36,350 nt of DNA from a virus. Below, one piece after another: positions 16,147 through 25,416 of the stretch. A program made the translations under genes and the position numbers. A model generated the notes under the pieces. The model was not told the DNA's origin, ran no database searches, and saw nothing but the letters and a program-made list of their open reading frames with translations. How positions within the stretch are numbered: position 1 is the first letter of the stretch; every line of letters begins with the position of its first letter. Where the stretch lies: UHGV virus genome UHGV-0207457; one strand, 5' to 3'.

Positions 16147-19100
16147 ATGCAATCAATCCAATTTAAACGCACACAAACGGCTGGTAAAAAGCCGACGCCG
16201 GAACAATTATCACAGGGTGAGATCGCCTTACAACTGGCGGACCATGTGATTTACACCAAAGACAAAAATAATAACGTAGTCCAAATTAGTGTTTCTCCAG
16301 AAAAACACGCTGAACTTAACACTAAAGTAGACAATAACAAAACTAGCACTGACCGTGTTATTGCTTCCAACAAACAAGAGGCCGCTAATAATCTGGCTAG
16401 TGCTAAAGCTGAACTGAATCAGACTATTACCACTAAAGACACCGCAACCAATAAGCGCATTGATGCTACCAACACCACTGTTAGTAACTTAACCCAGACA
16501 GTTACGGCAAATAAAACCGATGCCGACACTAAGATCAATAACCTTACGGGGACCGTATCTGCGAATAAGACCGCAATTGAAAGAACCGTTGCCGCAAACA
16601 AATCTGATGCAGATAGCAAACATGCAGCTTTAACGAAAACGGTCACTGACAATAACACCGCGATTAACAACAAGGTTAATACCACTAACACCAACGTTAG
16701 CAACTTAACTAAAACTGTTACTGCAAATAAAACCGATGCAGATAACAAAATTTCTAGCTTAACTAGCACGGTTGCAGCTAACAAGACAGCGATCGAAAAG
16801 ACTGTTTCCGACAATAAGAAAGACGCGGATACTAAGATTACCAATCTTACTGGCACTGTTAACAGCAACCATACCGCAATTAACAACAAGGTAGACCAGA
16901 ATAAATCTTCTACTGATGCCGCAATTGCAGCCGCTAACAAACGAATTGATGGTATTGAAGGTAGCAATGATGCTCTTTACATCAAGAAGAATACCAATAC
17001 TAAGCATGGTGGGTATCTGTTAAGCAAGACAGCTAACTATTTGGAAGACCAGACAGCGAGAGATCTTAACTACTTTGGCGCTTTCCGTACCAATGGTCAA
17101 GATGGACTCATGGATCTAACTCTTAACGTTCCTCATTCTGCCGGTAAAGCGCACGGTCGCGGATTTACTTTCCGTTATGCGTCTGGTGGATCTCGTGTTG
17201 AAACCTATGGTTTTGATAGAGAAGGACAGAAGAACTTTAGCTATAAAATGTATCACGAAGGGGATAAACCGACTCCTGCTGAAATTGGCGCATATACCAA
17301 AGGCGAAATTGATAAGATGTTTATTAAAAATGTCACAATGTCTGTTCCTTCTGGTAGTGAATCCCGTGCTTATTTCAAGATTGCTACGGCTACGATCCCG
17401 CAAAATGGTCGTATGGTAATGCTTCGTATCTTCGGTGGTAACGGTTATAACGTTAACTCCTATGATCAGGTTGACTTTTTAGAAATTGTTATCCGTTCCG
17501 GTAACAATAACCCGAAAGGCGTTAGTATTGCTGCTTATCGTCGAAACTCTTTGAACGTTCATCAAGTATTTGCGGTTAATACTTCCGGTGATAACTACGA
17601 CATTTACGTTAACTACGGTCGTTATACTGATAACGTTATTGTCGAATATGGTAAGACTAGCGGTGTTTCACTGACTGTTCATGACACCCCAGCTATGACT
17701 AACGTTAAGCCGTCTACTGGTGTTACAGATGGACGTGTTATTACAATGTTCAACACCGAAAACAAAGCCGGAACATTGATGTTTGATAATAACGGACAGG
17801 GAACATATGATATTGTCAGTTTGAATAACGATTCAGGTACTGGAAAAAAATATCTTCGTAAATTCCGTAGTAAAGCCGCAGAAACAATCTGGCATGAAAC
17901 TGTTCAAGGTAACGTATATCGTTTAGCGACTGGCACTACCGATTCTAGCGAAGTTCTACGAATCACTGGTCGCACCATGTTTACTGGTAAAGGCGTATTG
18001 GATGCTGGACAAAACGTTCTTAGATTAGAACGTCCTAGTAACCAATCTAACTACATTGAATGGCAGGACCGCCGCAATGGTGCTGATGCTCGTCAAGGTT
18101 GGATCGGTTTTGGTAGTGCGGAAACAAATAACTTCATGTGGTATAGCGATCATGGGAAAAACTCATTTCAGCTAGAAGCTAACGGTCAATGTTCTATATC
18201 CACTGGTGCAAATAAACTTGTATATACCAATGGTGAATATTGCTCTGGCAACTCTAACGCATATCGTATGGCATTTGGTAACTATGGCGCATTCTGGCGT
18301 AATGATGGTGGTAAAGTTTATCTTCTGTCGACGGATGAAAACGATAAGTTGGGCGGCTGGAATACTTATCGACCATTCATTTACGATCTTACTTCCGGTA
18401 ACGTTCAATTAGGCGGTGATGGTAACGAAGATGCATTAACGTTAGAACGTGCTTCTCGTGCCGCTCGTTTTAGCAATAACGTTTACATTAAGAAAGGTTT
18501 TTTGACTTTTGATGCTGGTCGGTCTGGTTCTCGCGATTATATTCGATTTAATCATTGGGGCGATAGTAATAACGCCCGTGATAACGTCTTGTACATAGAA
18601 GATAGTCAAGGCCGACATTTTAGCACAGAGCGTGCGATGGGTACTGGTGCTCTTAAGGCAAACTTCTTAGGCGATCTTGAAGTCGGTGGTAAGTTTACCT
18701 GGGGTAAAAATACAGCTACATCCAGCTTTAATATTCGTGCATGGGGTAATGATTCTCGTAAGCAAGTATTAGAATGCGCGGATGAAAGTGGTTGGCATTG
18801 GTATACCCAACGTGCTGGCGGTCCGGGCACAAATGAAATTAACTTTAGTGTTAATGGCAGTATTCACTCACAAGGGATTGCAACTTCCGGTAATATTAAA
18901 ATAACTGGACCTGATATTGAATTTCGTCGCACTGGCAATAAGCATATCTGGTTTAGAGATCCGAACGGCTTAGAATTAGGTTTGATGTACTGCGATGATG
19001 CTGGTGTTATCCGCTTCCGTGGTCAGAAACAAGGTCAAACTTGGAAACTTGCTGATAAAATGATTCATCTTGAGGCGGGGACTGTCGGCGGGTCTGATAA

Positions 19101-19731
19101 AGGTTTGATTCGTGGTAATGTTGCTGGTGGTAGCTGGGCTAGCTGGCGTGATCGTTCTGCCGGAATCCTCGTAGACTGTCCGAACTCAACCGATTCCGCT
19201 CATAACATCTGGAAAGCTACTCATTGGGGTAAATATCACATTGCAGCAATGGGTGTGCACGTTCCTAGCGGTACTATCACCAATGCTTTAGCTCGCCTAA
19301 ACGTTCACGACGCCAACTTTGACTTTAACGCTGCGGGTGATTTTAGCGCAGGTCGTAACGGTAGCTTTAATGATGTTTACATTCGCTCTGACTCCCGTTT
19401 GAAGATTAACAAGGAAGAATTACAGGACGGCGCATTAGAGAAAGTAAACTCCCTGAAAGTCTACACCTACGATAAAGTTAAATCTCTTAAAGACCGTAGT
19501 GTGATTAAACGCGAAGTAGGTATTATTGCTCAGGATCTGGAAGAAGTATTGCCGGAAGCAGTAGGTATTCAATCCACCGAAGATCCAGAACAACCGGAAG
19601 CAATTAAGACTATTTCTAACTCTGCTGTTAATGCCTTGATTATTAAAGCTATTCAGGAAATGGACGCCAAATATCAAGCTAAGATTGAAGCATTGACTAA
19701 AGAGATTGCCGAACTCAAAGCAACTAAATAA
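16147..19731 (+). CDS. Side (long) tail fibre, T4 gp37 / lambda Stf-like, with tandem shaft repeats and C-terminal intramolecular chaperone (peptidase S74-type) domain (1194 aa)
   Basis: N-terminus MQSIQFKRTQTAGKKPTPEQLSQGEIALQL resembles T4 gp37; YLRKFRSKAAETIWHETV resembles gp37 YLRKVRAKSGGTIYHEIV; two ~72-aa tandem repeats (~16480-16910); C-terminal SDSRLKINKEE...AIQEMDAKYQAKIEALTKEIAELK is chaperone-like. Confidence 0.85.
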   Translation: MQSIQFKRTQTAGKKPTPEQLSQGEIALQLADHVIYTKDKNNNVVQISVSPEKHAELNTKVDNNKTSTDRVIASNKQEAANNLASAKAELNQTITTKDTATNKRIDATNTTVSNLTQTVTANKTDADTKINNLTGTVSANKTAIERTVAANKSDADSKHAALTKTVTDNNTAINNKVNTTNTNVSNLTKTVTANKTDADNKISSLTSTVAANKTAIEKTVSDNKKDADTKITNLTGTVNSNHTAINNKVDQNKSSTDAAIAAANKRIDGIEGSNDALYIKKNTNTKHGGYLLSKTANYLEDQTARDLNYFGAFRTNGQDGLMDLTLNVPHSAGKAHGRGFTFRYASGGSRVETYGFDREGQKNFSYKMYHEGDKPTPAEIGAYTKGEIDKMFIKNVTMSVPSGSESRAYFKIATATIPQNGRMVMLRIFGGNGYNVNSYDQVDFLEIVIRSGNNNPKGVSIAAYRRNSLNVHQVFAVNTSGDNYDIYVNYGRYTDNVIVEYGKTSGVSLTVHDTPAMTNVKPSTGVTDGRVITMFNTENKAGTLMFDNNGQGTYDIVSLNNDSGTGKKYLRKFRSKAAETIWHETVQGNVYRLATGTTDSSEVLRITGRTMFTGKGVLDAGQNVLRLERPSNQSNYIEWQDRRNGADARQGWIGFGSAETNNFMWYSDHGKNSFQLEANGQCSISTGANKLVYTNGEYCSGNSNAYRMAFGNYGAFWRNDGGKVYLLSTDENDKLGGWNTYRPFIYDLTSGNVQLGGDGNEDALTLERASRAARFSNNVYIKKGFLTFDAGRSGSRDYIRFNHWGDSNNARDNVLYIEDSQGRHFSTERAMGTGALKANFLGDLEVGGKFTWGKNTATSSFNIRAWGNDSRKQVLECADESGWHWYTQRAGGPGTNEINFSVNGSIHSQGIATSGNIKITGPDIEFRRTGNKHIWFRDPNGLELGLMYCDDAGVIRFRGQKQGQTWKLADKMIHLEAGTVGGSDKGLIRGNVAGGSWASWRDRSAGILVDCPNSTDSAHNIWKATHWGKYHIAAMGVHVPSGTITNALARLNVHDANFDFNAAGDFSAGRNGSFNDVYIRSDSRLKINKEELQDGALEKVNSLKVYTYDKVKSLKDRSVIKREVGIIAQDLEEVLPEAVGIQSTEDPEQPEAIKTISNSAVNALIIKAIQEMDAKYQAKIEALTKEIAELKATK

Positions 19732-19738
19732 TAAAAGT

Positions 19739-19757
19739 CGGGGGACTAGTTCCCCCG
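19739..19757 (+). terminator. Stable hairpin after the fibre gene (weak U-tract)
   Basis: CGGGGGA-CTAG-TCCCCCG. Confidence 0.4.
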
Positions 19758-19787
19758 TAATAACAATTTTAATTAAGGGGTAATTCT

Positions 19788-20258
19788 ATGTCTCAATTTA
19801 ATGATATTTTTACTGGTGGTCTGGTAAGTCTGTTCTATCACGCTGATACCACTAACACCGCTCTCGATCACTCCGGTTACGAAGAAATTAAAGAGTGCGC
19901 TGGCTTCCCTGAAACTGCTATCGAGCGCGGTACTGTAGAAGTTAAATCCTTCTCTTCTCAGTACAACCGTAAGCTGGTAGGTAAACTGAATGTTCCTGAT
20001 CTGACTCTTACGGTGAATTACATCCCCGGGGATAGTGTCCATGAGAAGCTCATAAAGGCTGCCGAAGACGGTACTCGAATCCAGATTAAAGTAGAGTATT
20101 ACGTATCAGCGGATAAGCAGACTGGTATTCGCACCGCTTTCAACGGCTTTATTTCTAAAGTTGCTATGAACGGTGGCGATGAAGAAGTTGTAACCAAAGA
20201 GTTTACCTTCGCGGTGGACGGAAAGCCGATCAAACAGGAAATCTTCACTGCCGGATGA
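19788..20258 (+). CDS. Major tail (tube) protein, lambda gpV N-domain-like (156 aa); ends in TGA
   Basis: DLTLTVNYIPGDSVHEKLIKAAEDGTRIQIK parallels lambda gpV [33 protein letters not shown]; placed ahead of the G/T chaperones and tape measure. Confidence 0.65.
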   Translation: MSQFNDIFTGGLVSLFYHADTTNTALDHSGYEEIKECAGFPETAIERGTVEVKSFSSQYNRKLVGKLNVPDLTLTVNYIPGDSVHEKLIKAAEDGTRIQIKVEYYVSADKQTGIRTAFNGFISKVAMNGGDEEVVTKEFTFAVDGKPIKQEIFTAG

Positions 20259-20384
20259 ACTAACGAAGAACTTCCTTTAATAGAACCGGAACCACTACCG
20301 GAACATGAAGCGGTGGTGATTCCAGAAGTAGAAGAAGTTACGGCGAAAGCCACAGCAAAACGAGGCCGCAAGGCTAAGAATTAA
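20259..20384 (+). other. In-frame 41-codon extension after the tube gene TGA; candidate programmed readthrough tail
   Basis: No stop from 20259 to TAA at 20382-20384; encodes TNEELPLIEPEPLPEHEAVVIPEVEEVTAKATAKRGRKAKN; shares the 20-nt core and terminator with the capsid extension. Confidence 0.5.
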
Positions 20385-20389
20385 TTTTA

Positions 20390-20418
20390 AGCCCTGCCTT
20401 AATGGTGGGGCTTTTTTA
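20390..20418 (+). terminator. Intrinsic terminator after the tube extension
   Basis: AGCCCTGCCTTAATGGTGGGGCT followed by TTTTTT. Confidence 0.65.
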
Positions 20419-20432
20419 TTGGAGTTATCAAA

Positions 20433-20939
20433 ATGGCAAATGTCGTTAAAGTTCCTGGCTGGATCGGGTCATCTGCTGTATCGGTGACGGGTAAGCGATG
20501 GATGAAAGAAGCACTAACAGCTTTAAAAGTTCCGGCTCCGCGTAATATGTCGGCAATGGCTGGTCGTGGTATGGATACGGTTGTAGCTACTGCTGCATGG
20601 TCTACTTCATTGGGTAATAACTGGGGTGTAACTGCTTCAAACTATCCGGTAACTGACATGCGCGGTAAAGGGTCAATGGAGAACCCCGAAAACGTGGGCG
20701 TAGGGCGTCTGATTGGCGTTATCGTTGGTCAATTCAATGGCGGTACTCCTACTATGGCTGTATATCTCCAGAACGGTAGAGCGGGGAATATAACCGTTAA
20801 TTTGGGTGGTGCTACTGTCACTGTTCCTTATAACAGTATGCAAAGTGGTTTTCATTACTATTGGTTAAGCAATCCTCCGGCTGCTTTCCTCAATAACATT
20901 AAGAAGACTGGCACTAAGCAGACTTTGAAAATCTCTTAA
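20433..20939 (+). CDS. Hypothetical tail-associated protein (168 aa)
   Basis: RBS GGAG; Gly/Ala/Thr-rich; between the tube gene and the chaperone genes. Confidence 0.55.
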   Translation: MANVVKVPGWIGSSAVSVTGKRWMKEALTALKVPAPRNMSAMAGRGMDTVVATAAWSTSLGNNWGVTASNYPVTDMRGKGSMENPENVGVGRLIGVIVGQFNGGTPTMAVYLQNGRAGNITVNLGGATVTVPYNSMQSGFHYYWLSNPPAAFLNNIKKTGTKQTLKIS

Positions 20940-20981
20940 ATTCTAAATAAACATATCGAATTAACTTAAGAGGAAACAAGA

Positions 20982-21290
20982 ATGAATATTAATGAAATGC
21001 TGAAAGCTCTTTCTCCGAAACGCGAATCTCTGACCATCGGTGGATTCACTTTCTATGCTCGCCCTATGTCAGTAAAAGAATTTAACGAACATGTTTTCAA
21101 TACCGATAAAGATGACCGTGATGAACGTTCGATTCTTCGTTGTATTGAAGATGAAGACGGTAAACCGGTATTTGAATCTATGGAACAAGTTAAGGCACTG
21201 TATACTAACGTCCGCAGTGAATTAATCGGTTTGGTTGCTCAAGCATCATTGATGCAAGATCCGGCGGTAATTGAAAACGAGGTAAAGTAA
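20982..21290 (+). CDS. Tail assembly chaperone, gpG-like (102 aa)
   Basis: RBS GAGGA; small acidic protein directly upstream of the tape measure with a downstream overlapping -1 frame ORF. Confidence 0.6.
   Translation: MNINEMLKALSPKRESLTIGGFTFYARPMSVKEFNEHVFNTDKDDRDERSILRCIEDEDGKPVFESMEQVKALYTNVRSELIGLVAQASLMQDPAVIENEVK
21282..21290 (+). other. Candidate -1 frameshift site GTA-AAG-TAA at the stop codon (tRNA-Lys AAG to AAA slip) giving a G-T fusion
   Basis: The -1 frame opens at 21275 and runs to 21661; its overlap with the G frame is only 16 nt and contains A-AAG immediately before TAA. Confidence 0.35.
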
Positions 21291-21319
21291 ACCCGCTTCT
21301 GTGTTTCTATTTCCGGCAA

Positions 21320-21661
21320 ATGATGAGATCGGGGCTTAGTAAAGATGAAATGGATAATATGCCAATCACTCTGTTTTGGAAATTATACATTTTCGACACC
21401 TACTTAGAACCACAAAGCCCCGCGTTTCATGATATGCAGAATGCGATGTTGCAATATTCCATGTATATGACGTCGCAAGGAATGACTCGAGAAACTGCAC
21501 GCAAACTCAAGCCTAGCCAATTCCAATTAATTAGAGAAGAAAAACTCTTTAAAACTAAAGAAGAACTGGAAGAACTTGCACGCAAGAAAGAAGAAGAACG
21601 TAAAGCGGCAATGCTGAACATGTTTGATACATCTTTGCTTGAGAAACTCAGAAGCGGTTAA
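21320..21661 (+). CDS. Tail assembly chaperone T-frame segment (113 aa from first ATG); probably made mainly as a G-T fusion
   Basis: In the -1 frame relative to the G gene; ends just before the tape measure start. Confidence 0.5.
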   Translation: MMRSGLSKDEMDNMPITLFWKLYIFDTYLEPQSPAFHDMQNAMLQYSMYMTSQGMTRETARKLKPSQFQLIREEKLFKTKEELEELARKKEEERKAAMLNMFDTSLLEKLRSG

Positions 21662-21672
21662 AGGGGTAATTT

Positions 21673-24105
21673 ATGACAAAACATATAGTAACAATAGAAG
21701 GGGATAATAAAGGTCTAAGGAGAAGTACCAATGAAGCCGCCGACCTTCTCGATAGTTTGTCCGAAAAGGCAAGTAATATTGATTTTGGTGGTGGCTTATC
21801 TGGTCTGACTGGATCTCTTCGTGGGATCGCTGGCTCTGCTGGTTTGGCTGCTGGTGGTATCGGCTTAGTTGCGACCGCAGTGGTTGCAGCCGCTAAAGCT
21901 GGCGCGGAATACGTTAAACAGTATTCAGAAGTATCTAAGGCGACCGGACTCTCGATTGAATCCCTTCAAAGACTGGAAAAGGAATTTTCTGGTACTGGCC
22001 TAACAGTTGAAAAATTCGGTGATATCAACAAAGACACCTTAGATAAGATGGGTGATGCATGGGCTAACGGTGGTGGTATTGCTGATGACTTAGAATCGGT
22101 TGGTCTTAAGTTAGAAAACTATGCTCACTTCATGACTGATCCGCAAGGTGGTATGAAAGCGGCGATCCAAGTGTTCTATGACATGAAGAAAGCCGGAAAA
22201 TCAATGGCTGAAATCAAGTTCATGATGGAATCTTTAGCCAGTGATTCAAGTCATATGACCAGCCAGCTTGAGAAATATAATAGTGCTCAAGAGGCGATGA
22301 TCGCTATTCAGAATCAATCTGTTAACGTCACCGAAGAAAACGCTAAAAAATATGATAAATTTTCTCAGAATATTAATAAGCTGGAAAATAACCTGAAAGG
22401 CGCAGCCATGACCATTTCTGGTCCTTTGGTTGATAGCTTAAACTGGTTATTTGACTGGTTTAATATTGATTGGGAAAAGAGTTCTCTATTCAGGGCATTA
22501 GATCGACTGAATAAAGAAGGCAAGACCGCAACTGGTGGTATTCTTAACGCCAACCATAAAGACGCTCAAAAGATTATTGACAAGTACAATAAAGAAAAGC
22601 GTTGGAATAATCTGGCAGATTGGGAAAAGGCCGCGATACGTGGTGCTGGTGTCGACCCTCGTACTGCTGGCTTTGATGTTGAAGGATTTAAGAAACGTTT
22701 TGGTGGGTCTTATAAAACTTCAAGTGGTGCTCTGATTGTCGTAGATGCAGGTGAACATCTAACACGCAAGGCAGATCCTAACACTGATTTGACTATACCA
22801 AATAAACCAGTAAGACCAGAATCATTGGGTAAATCTGGCAACGAGAAGAAAGCCGAGGAAGAAGCCAAAAAGAAAGCGGAAGAGGCAGCTAAAAAGGCTA
22901 AGGAAGCCGCAGAAAAAGCACAGAAAGCACGCGAGGATGCAATCAAGCGACTGAATGCACTTGATGTTAAATTGCAAGGGCAAGTTGCAGCGTCTATCAC
23001 TTCTCAAAATAGCCAGTTGCAAAACAGCTTAAAAGATGTGAACGACGCGTTAGCTCTGGGCTTAATCTCTCAGGAAGACGCAGCCGCGAAACGCCAGGCG
23101 CTAATCGATCAGAATACTGAAAACGTTTATAAAATGATGTTGGGTGCTGATCCGATTGATGCTCTGAATGCTTTAACACAATTGCAACAAATCAGGGACA
23201 ACGAGCTAGAAAGCCATAAACGTTTACTTGATGGTAAAGCTATCTCCTACGAAGAATATATGCGTCGTGTGAACGATACCGAGCAAAACTATTCTCAGAT
23301 TGAAAATTCTTTACAGGGAATGGATGGTTATAAAACCAATCAATTAACTAGTGGTTATGATTATCAAGACTCAAATAATCCGTTTGCTAAATTTAATGCA
23401 ATCGATAAAGAGAAATCGGATGCTGAACAAGATTATAAGACCGATAAACTCAAGATTGACGGTATTAATGATCCGGCTAAACGGATGGCTGCATTAGAAA
23501 AACTCAATGAAAACCATCAAAAACGGATGGCTGCAATTGAAAAGAAATATGCTGATGCTCGTCAGTCAATAGCTGATGATATGTATGGCGGTTTTGCTGC
23601 TGCAATGACTCTCTTCGGGCAGGAAAACACTAAAGCTATGCAGATGGCTTTCAATGCTCATAAGGCATTCTCCATTGGACAAGCGACGGTGAACATGTGG
23701 ACGGCTGCTACCGATGCATGGAACGATCCGACCAACGTCACCACAGGTCAAAAAATTGCTGCTGCTGCATTGGCTGTTTCTCAGAACATGGGGAACATCG
23801 CAAACATCAAGTCTACTAACGTTAGCGGTATGGCTCATGATGGTATCGATAACATCCCTCGTGAGGGTACATGGTTGCTTGATAAGGGTGAACGAGTAGT
23901 TGATCAGCGTACTAACGGTGATTTGAAAGACTTCTTATCTGCTCAAAAATCAGGCGGTGGTAACTCTCAGCCGATTGAAGTTAATGCGCCTTTGAACATT
24001 AACGGCAATGTTAATAGCTCAGACAAGATGGTTATGGATGCTATCAAACGTCACGCTAAGTTAGTTGCTCAGGCGGTAGAAGACGCACAGCGTCGTAAGA
24101 TGTAA
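21673..24105 (+). CDS. Tail tape measure protein (810 aa)
   Basis: Size; Gly/Ala-rich hydrophobic N-terminal region; K/E/A-rich coiled-coil (KKAEEEAKKKAEEAAKKAKEAAEKAQKARE); follows the G/T chaperones. Confidence 0.85.
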   Translation: MTKHIVTIEGDNKGLRRSTNEAADLLDSLSEKASNIDFGGGLSGLTGSLRGIAGSAGLAAGGIGLVATAVVAAAKAGAEYVKQYSEVSKATGLSIESLQRLEKEFSGTGLTVEKFGDINKDTLDKMGDAWANGGGIADDLESVGLKLENYAHFMTDPQGGMKAAIQVFYDMKKAGKSMAEIKFMMESLASDSSHMTSQLEKYNSAQEAMIAIQNQSVNVTEENAKKYDKFSQNINKLENNLKGAAMTISGPLVDSLNWLFDWFNIDWEKSSLFRALDRLNKEGKTATGGILNANHKDAQKIIDKYNKEKRWNNLADWEKAAIRGAGVDPRTAGFDVEGFKKRFGGSYKTSSGALIVVDAGEHLTRKADPNTDLTIPNKPVRPESLGKSGNEKKAEEEAKKKAEEAAKKAKEAAEKAQKAREDAIKRLNALDVKLQGQVAASITSQNSQLQNSLKDVNDALALGLISQEDAAAKRQALIDQNTENVYKMMLGADPIDALNALTQLQQIRDNELESHKRLLDGKAISYEEYMRRVNDTEQNYSQIENSLQGMDGYKTNQLTSGYDYQDSNNPFAKFNAIDKEKSDAEQDYKTDKLKIDGINDPAKRMAALEKLNENHQKRMAAIEKKYADARQSIADDMYGGFAAAMTLFGQENTKAMQMAFNAHKAFSIGQATVNMWTAATDAWNDPTNVTTGQKIAAAALAVSQNMGNIANIKSTNVSGMAHDGIDNIPREGTWLLDKGERVVDQRTNGDLKDFLSAQKSGGGNSQPIEVNAPLNINGNVNSSDKMVMDAIKRHAKLVAQAVEDAQRRKM

Positions 24106-24109
24106 TTAA

Positions 24110-24156
24110 AAGCCCTCATAGTGATAAATAATCATAAAACTATGGGGGCTTTTTCT
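24110..24156 (+). terminator. Hairpin/terminator after the tape measure gene, overlapping the next gene's RBS
   Basis: AGCCCTCATAG ... CTATGGGGGCT followed by TTTTT. Confidence 0.45.
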
Positions 24157-24717
24157 ATGTTCAAATCCAAGAATATTAAAATCACAGATTTTACTCTTAA
24201 ATCAAAACAACCTTTCTTCAAGGCGCAATCTATCTCCGGTAAGTTCCAGCGTCGCTTTACTGGCATCCATTTTTACGAAGCAGAATTTACCGCGAATTAC
24301 ATGGCTCAGGATATTAACGAAGTAAAAGAATTTGTAGCACGTCACCTTTTTGGTCGTCCTTTTAGTGTGCCACTGTCTTACTTTTCAAAATATACAGGTG
24401 ATGTACGCCAGATGGTAACGGCTGCTGCTGGTACTGCTCGCGGTGGGCGTAAGGTGAGAATCTCCAACTTCACCGGAACACTGAAAGCGGGAACTGTCAT
24501 CCAGTTTGAGAACCACAAGAAAATCTACACGATCACCGAAGACGTGAAATCAGGTGGTGAAATGAAACTCTTCCCTAACTTGCGTCAGAACGTCCTGGCG
24601 GGTGAGGTGATCAAGTATCAGAACGTAGAAGGTGAATTTGTTCTCAAAACTGAAAATATCGATTGGAAGATCGCCCAGATTGGCAAGATGAAATTCGAAT
24701 TAGTGGAGAATGTATAA
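24157..24717 (+). CDS. Minor tail protein, gpM/distal-tail-like (186 aa)
   Basis: ATG at 24157 (track start 24121 is GTG inside the hairpin); first of the M-L-K-I/J series. Confidence 0.55.
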   Translation: MFKSKNIKITDFTLKSKQPFFKAQSISGKFQRRFTGIHFYEAEFTANYMAQDINEVKEFVARHLFGRPFSVPLSYFSKYTGDVRQMVTAAAGTARGGRKVRISNFTGTLKAGTVIQFENHKKIYTITEDVKSGGEMKLFPNLRQNVLAGEVIKYQNVEGEFVLKTENIDWKIAQIGKMKFELVENV

Positions 24718-25370
24718 TGGCAACTATTCAGGAATCATTCAGCAAACTATGCACTAATCTTGACTTCATCGAGGTCTACAACGACCAGACAGGTCAGAAC
24801 GTGTCTAGATTGACGCTACCGCAGCTTTTTTCCACTGGATCGATGTTTCACATTATCGAAGTGATTACAGCGTCAGGGGACGTTCTACGGCTTACTGATG
24901 GGTATTTCGATTTGGACTATAACGGATTTACGTATCTCGCAACGGGTGATTTTCTTCAAATCTCATCGAATACCGAAGAGAAGGAGATCAACAACAACGG
25001 GATCAACGTAACCGTTTCTAACGTTCGCGAAGAATACATTACTCTCATTCGAAACAAGCAATTCGATAAATCAGATGTGAAAATCGAGATGGTGTTCCTG
25101 AACCCCAACACGGGCAAAGTTGAAACCACTTACCCTGTTTTCCGTGGGGTAGTCGATTCCATCGGGATTAACATCGAACATGAAGATGATGAGTGTAAAA
25201 ACGAATCAGAATTTCAGCTTAATAGTATCTGGGAAGTTCTAGATAAAAACGCTCGTAGTCATGCCTCCGATGGTATCCACCGGTCCTATGTTGGAAACGA
25301 GAACGATCTATTCTTCTCTCGTGCCGGGAAGTGGCAAAGCGAGTCGAAGTGGTTTAGCTCTAAGAAATAA
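24717..25370 (+). CDS. Minor tail protein, gpL-like (217 aa)
   Basis: ATG at 24717 overlapping the previous stop (TAATG); position and size. Confidence 0.55.
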   Translation: MATIQESFSKLCTNLDFIEVYNDQTGQNVSRLTLPQLFSTGSMFHIIEVITASGDVLRLTDGYFDLDYNGFTYLATGDFLQISSNTEEKEINNNGINVTVSNVREEYITLIRNKQFDKSDVKIEMVFLNPNTGKVETTYPVFRGVVDSIGINIEHEDDECKNESEFQLNSIWEVLDKNARSHASDGIHRSYVGNENDLFFSRAGKWQSESKWFSSKK

Positions 25371-25416
25371 TCCCTTCTCCCTAAGCCTAGTAAATAACAG
25401 CATGGAGGTATTCAAC

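Noticed and set aside
16419-17419. ORFs 16419-16967, 16759-17007, 17116-17403 (-) and 17177-17419 (+) within the tail fibre gene
   Set aside because: Embedded in or antisense to the fibre coding sequence; hydrophobic low-complexity translations generated by the repeat region.
22365-23899. Short ORFs on both strands inside the tape measure gene
   Set aside because: All lie within the continuous 810-codon tape measure frame and lack independent support.
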